A stretch of 64,000 nucleotides of DNA from Trypanosoma brucei (taxonomy: Eukaryota): the NCBI GenBank assembly GCA_000002445.1, contig CH464491.1, positions 1,120,001-1,184,000 of the forward strand, given 5' to 3'. Below are positions 61,467-64,000 of the stretch, in pieces. The first letter of the stretch is position 1. The number at the start of each line of letters is the position of its first letter. The position numbers and the translations under genes are program-made. Below the pieces are notes generated by a model that saw only the letters and a program-made list of their open reading frames with translations, did not search any database and was not told the origin of the DNA.

Positions 61467-63243
61467 TGCAACGCTACGACTCACGACGTGCTGCCAAACA
61501 GGCGCAGCGCCATGTTCGCTGTGATTGTCGTCGCAATGGATGAAATTGGGAAGGTAAAAGAGCAACTGGTGATGACCATTTTAGCGCGGTTGTGCTTGGC
61601 AGTATTTCTCCCTATAAATCCCTTCTTTTTGATTTTAGAGCTAAAGGTAGTGGCGGTGGTATTCGCATATACTTCTGTGTAGTGGCATTCGGGTTGTATG
61701 TGTTTTCCGAAGACTTGCCACACATACATATATATATATATAGAAACAGTGGGGGTTGGAAACCACGTGTCGCAAGCGGGTGCGTCACTGACAACATATA
61801 ACACCTCATGAGGCGGCGAGCATTTGGCTTCGTCCGGGGGCTCAACATTCGGGTTAGAAACGGTATTACATGCAAGAAAATGTGGGTAGCCAAAGGAGGA
61901 AATACGCCGGCATGCTTTCTGTCCACGATGTCGTTTTTAAGCCCCGTGATCATGGCCTCTTCAGGTCCGGCAGCCTGATAAGGATAAGCTTTGGAAGGCT
62001 TCAGCTGTCGGTTTGCGGCCCGCGCACCACAATTCCCCCCCCGCCCGCCTCCATGGCAGGGGCTGTTTGAGCGAGTAAGCAGAGCGCTCTCAGCACCCCA
62101 ATCGCAAATGGCTGTGGGTTTCCTTTCGTTTCTCTGCCGCGCCCCGTACGTAGTGTCTGGTCAAGCTGTTTTCCAAAGGCACCGCTCTTAATGGCACCGA
62201 GTATGCGCGGCACTCCAGGAGTGTGTTCCACTTGATTCCTCCGTTACTGCGGTCGTATCATTGTAATAACGGCGCTACCAAAAAAACGACAGCGCCTGTT
62301 GTGCACTGTAAGGCCAACCGCGCCTACCATACGTCAAAGGTTTCGAAGTTGGGTTGCTTAGGCATGGTTTTGCTTTGTTCCGCATTTTCCTCACCCTTTC
62401 ATCACTCATTCCACCCGGGTTTCTCCCGACAATTCGCCTCAAGTTGAGCTTCGCTGCGCTGTGGTCCATTTGCTGCTAGACAAATGTTCCGCCCGCAAAC
62501 GACCATCCAACACTTGCCGGCGCGTGCCCATCTTTCTAAACGCGGGACGCCATACAACAACGTGGCGCCTTGCATCCATTCCGGCGGCTGGTGGTGGTCC
62601 GTATCCCTCCAGTCCCCTCAAGTGTACCAAATTTAAGTGCATTGGTTACAAGTCAGCGTTACTCAAGTTTCCAAGTGGTTGTCAAGGCCATTTCCCCCGC
62701 ACCCACGATGGATCAACCAGTTTCAGCCACTTATGGCTGCCAGTTGTGCGACTTAACTGCTCCGCACCCCTTCCCGCTTTGCGGCGGTGTGAGTGATGAC
62801 GGAAGCGCCACAACACATTTAGTGGAAGGCGGCCTCGCGCTCGCCACTGTCGATTGAGTTGCCGGCATGGTGGCGTTAGGGCGGAAATGGGCCCGGGACC
62901 GCCCCCTCCCTCATGCCCTTGGGCGTGAAGACCCCTAATGTATGATTTGCTAAAGGACGTAAAGGGAAGAGAAGGGAAGAATCACCTCTTCGCAGCATCG
63001 GATAAGTTGGTGAAATCCACTGGACGCAAGGCGCCACATACCGCCGGTGCTCCTGCGCATAATGGAAAAGTGAAAAAAAAGATACCCATTTCTGACCCTC
63101 CCTAGAGTGCACACGCTTTTCCCCCGGAAAGCGCTATGGTGAAGGAAACGCGATTAACCGGGCATCACTCCCAGCACCCAGAAAGCATGTGTTAATAATA
63201 TGTGGCTCTGTAAGGCCCATCTCCGCGCGCTTCCGCACTCGCT
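61467..63243. other. Convergent strand-switch region, GC-rich and ORF-poor
   Basis: The last plus-strand gene ends at 61466 and a minus-strand gene ends at 63244. Composition shifts to GC-rich (a run of 8 C, 62033-62040). Only short overlapping ORFs are present. Confidence 0.6.
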
Positions 63244-64000
63244 TCACCTCCTCTCCAGTTGCTTCCACATGGATGATCTTTCACCCGTTCGGCCGGTGGG
63301 GGCCTCGTGGCAAAAGCGCTGAGCGCGGTTCATCATGTCTTCGGCAGCGTCATCGGGGAGTGTTCCGAGGGCCCGCAGAGCCCCTTCCAGTTCTCCGGCA
63401 TAACCATCTGGCGGAACGTCAGGGACCGCTTGTGAGGAGTCATCCGGTCCCCCTTCACAGAACTCCTCCAAGCAAATGTCCAGAAGTTCGTTTGCATTGG
63501 CACCCTCGGATGTTGTGGTTACGGATGCAGTCTCGTTAAAAATGCCCGGCTCACCCTCTGGCCGAGGTAAGGACTGGTATTCTTGCTGAAGTTCAAGGAG
63601 AGTAGTGGGAAGTGTTCCATCAATTATTGCGGCAAGCTGCTCCGCGGTGCTTTGGTCAAGTGAAGTGAATTGCTGGACGGCCGCGCTGGCAACCAGGCCG
63701 GCAAGCCGAGTCAAACTCTCAGCCCCCCGCGTAAACCACGTGGAGGCGCGATCCATGGCGATACCACCTGCGAAAACAAGAGCCGTTCGGACGCCTTGGG
63801 CCCACGCACTTCCGGACACATGTGGATTGACGATCGCTCCTATAACCGTTTCATGAGCATAGATAACAAACCTTCGCAACTCAGCCGCTACATCGATATT
63901 AGGTCGACGTTCCTGTTCAAAAGCCCGCACTAGCTCCAGATTTTCCGCAACGAGACGAGCAAGCCTGTCAGCCTCCTGCTCAATGCGTCGCTGGCGCTCC
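63244..64000 (-). CDS. Hypothetical Ala-rich acidic protein, 3' part; N-terminus lies beyond the window
   Basis: The minus-strand frame stays open from 64000 down to the stop at 63244. The GTG or M at 63930 in the ORF track is not the real start. It is the only minus-strand gene and is GC-rich. Confidence 0.5.
   Translation of the reverse strand, partial: ERQRRIEQEADRLARLVAENLELVRAFEQERRPNIDVAAELRRFVIYAHETVIGAIVNPHVSGSAWAQGVRTALVFAGGIAMDRASTWFTRGAESLTRLAGLVASAAVQQFTSLDQSTAEQLAAIIDGTLPTTLLELQQEYQSLPRPEGEPGIFNETASVTTTSEGANANELLDICLEEFCEGGPDDSSQAVPDVPPDGYAGELEGALRALGTLPDDAAEDMMNRAQRFCHEAPTGRTGERSSMWKQLERR

Noticed and set aside
61467-63243. Possible tRNA or other Pol III gene in the strand-switch region
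   Set aside because: Manual scan for T-loop (GTTCGANTC or its reverse complement) and D-loop (TAGCTCAGT-like) consensus on both strands found nothing convincing. It is left as a check in the findings, not as a feature.
1-64000. CRISPR arrays, prokaryotic operons, promoters or terminators
   Set aside because: The sequence has eukaryotic kinetoplastid architecture. No short regularly spaced direct repeats with unique spacers and no Shine-Dalgarno or rho-independent terminator logic were seen.

Overview
The window looks like a chromosome-internal segment of a kinetoplastid genome, most likely a Trypanosoma (African trypanosome-like). The evidence is gene-dense, intron-less ORFs all on one strand; polypyrimidine tracts followed by AG ahead of each ORF (trans-splicing signals); (TA)n, (TG)n and poly-G/C microsatellites in nearly every intergenic spacer; and ESAG8-like leucine-rich-repeat genes. 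From 1 to about 61.4 kb there is a single plus-strand polycistronic unit of about 21 genes. It begins with a 5'-truncated TRM1 tRNA methyltransferase and a GT25 glycosyltransferase. It continues through mostly housekeeping or conserved hypothetical genes: a patatin-like protein, a BTB-Kelch protein, a CCCH zinc-finger protein, an M16 peptidase-like protein, a LYR protein, a CTU2-like protein, and large coiled-coil and IQ-motif proteins. It ends in an accessory-looking island from about 49 to 61.5 kb that carries two RING-less ESAG8-like LRR genes, a small GPI-anchor-like surface protein and a Cys-rich secreted protein. Two 478-bp direct repeats that are about 99% identical bracket this island. 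A GC-rich ORF-free convergent strand-switch region (61.5-63.2 kb) follows, and then a 5'-truncated minus-strand gene. There are no CRISPR arrays or prokaryotic operon signals, and no confidently identified RNA genes. Every functional call is motif-level inference from the translations and needs an HMM or BLAST check. The printed sequence line for 61-120 appears one character short, so coordinates follow the ORF track.
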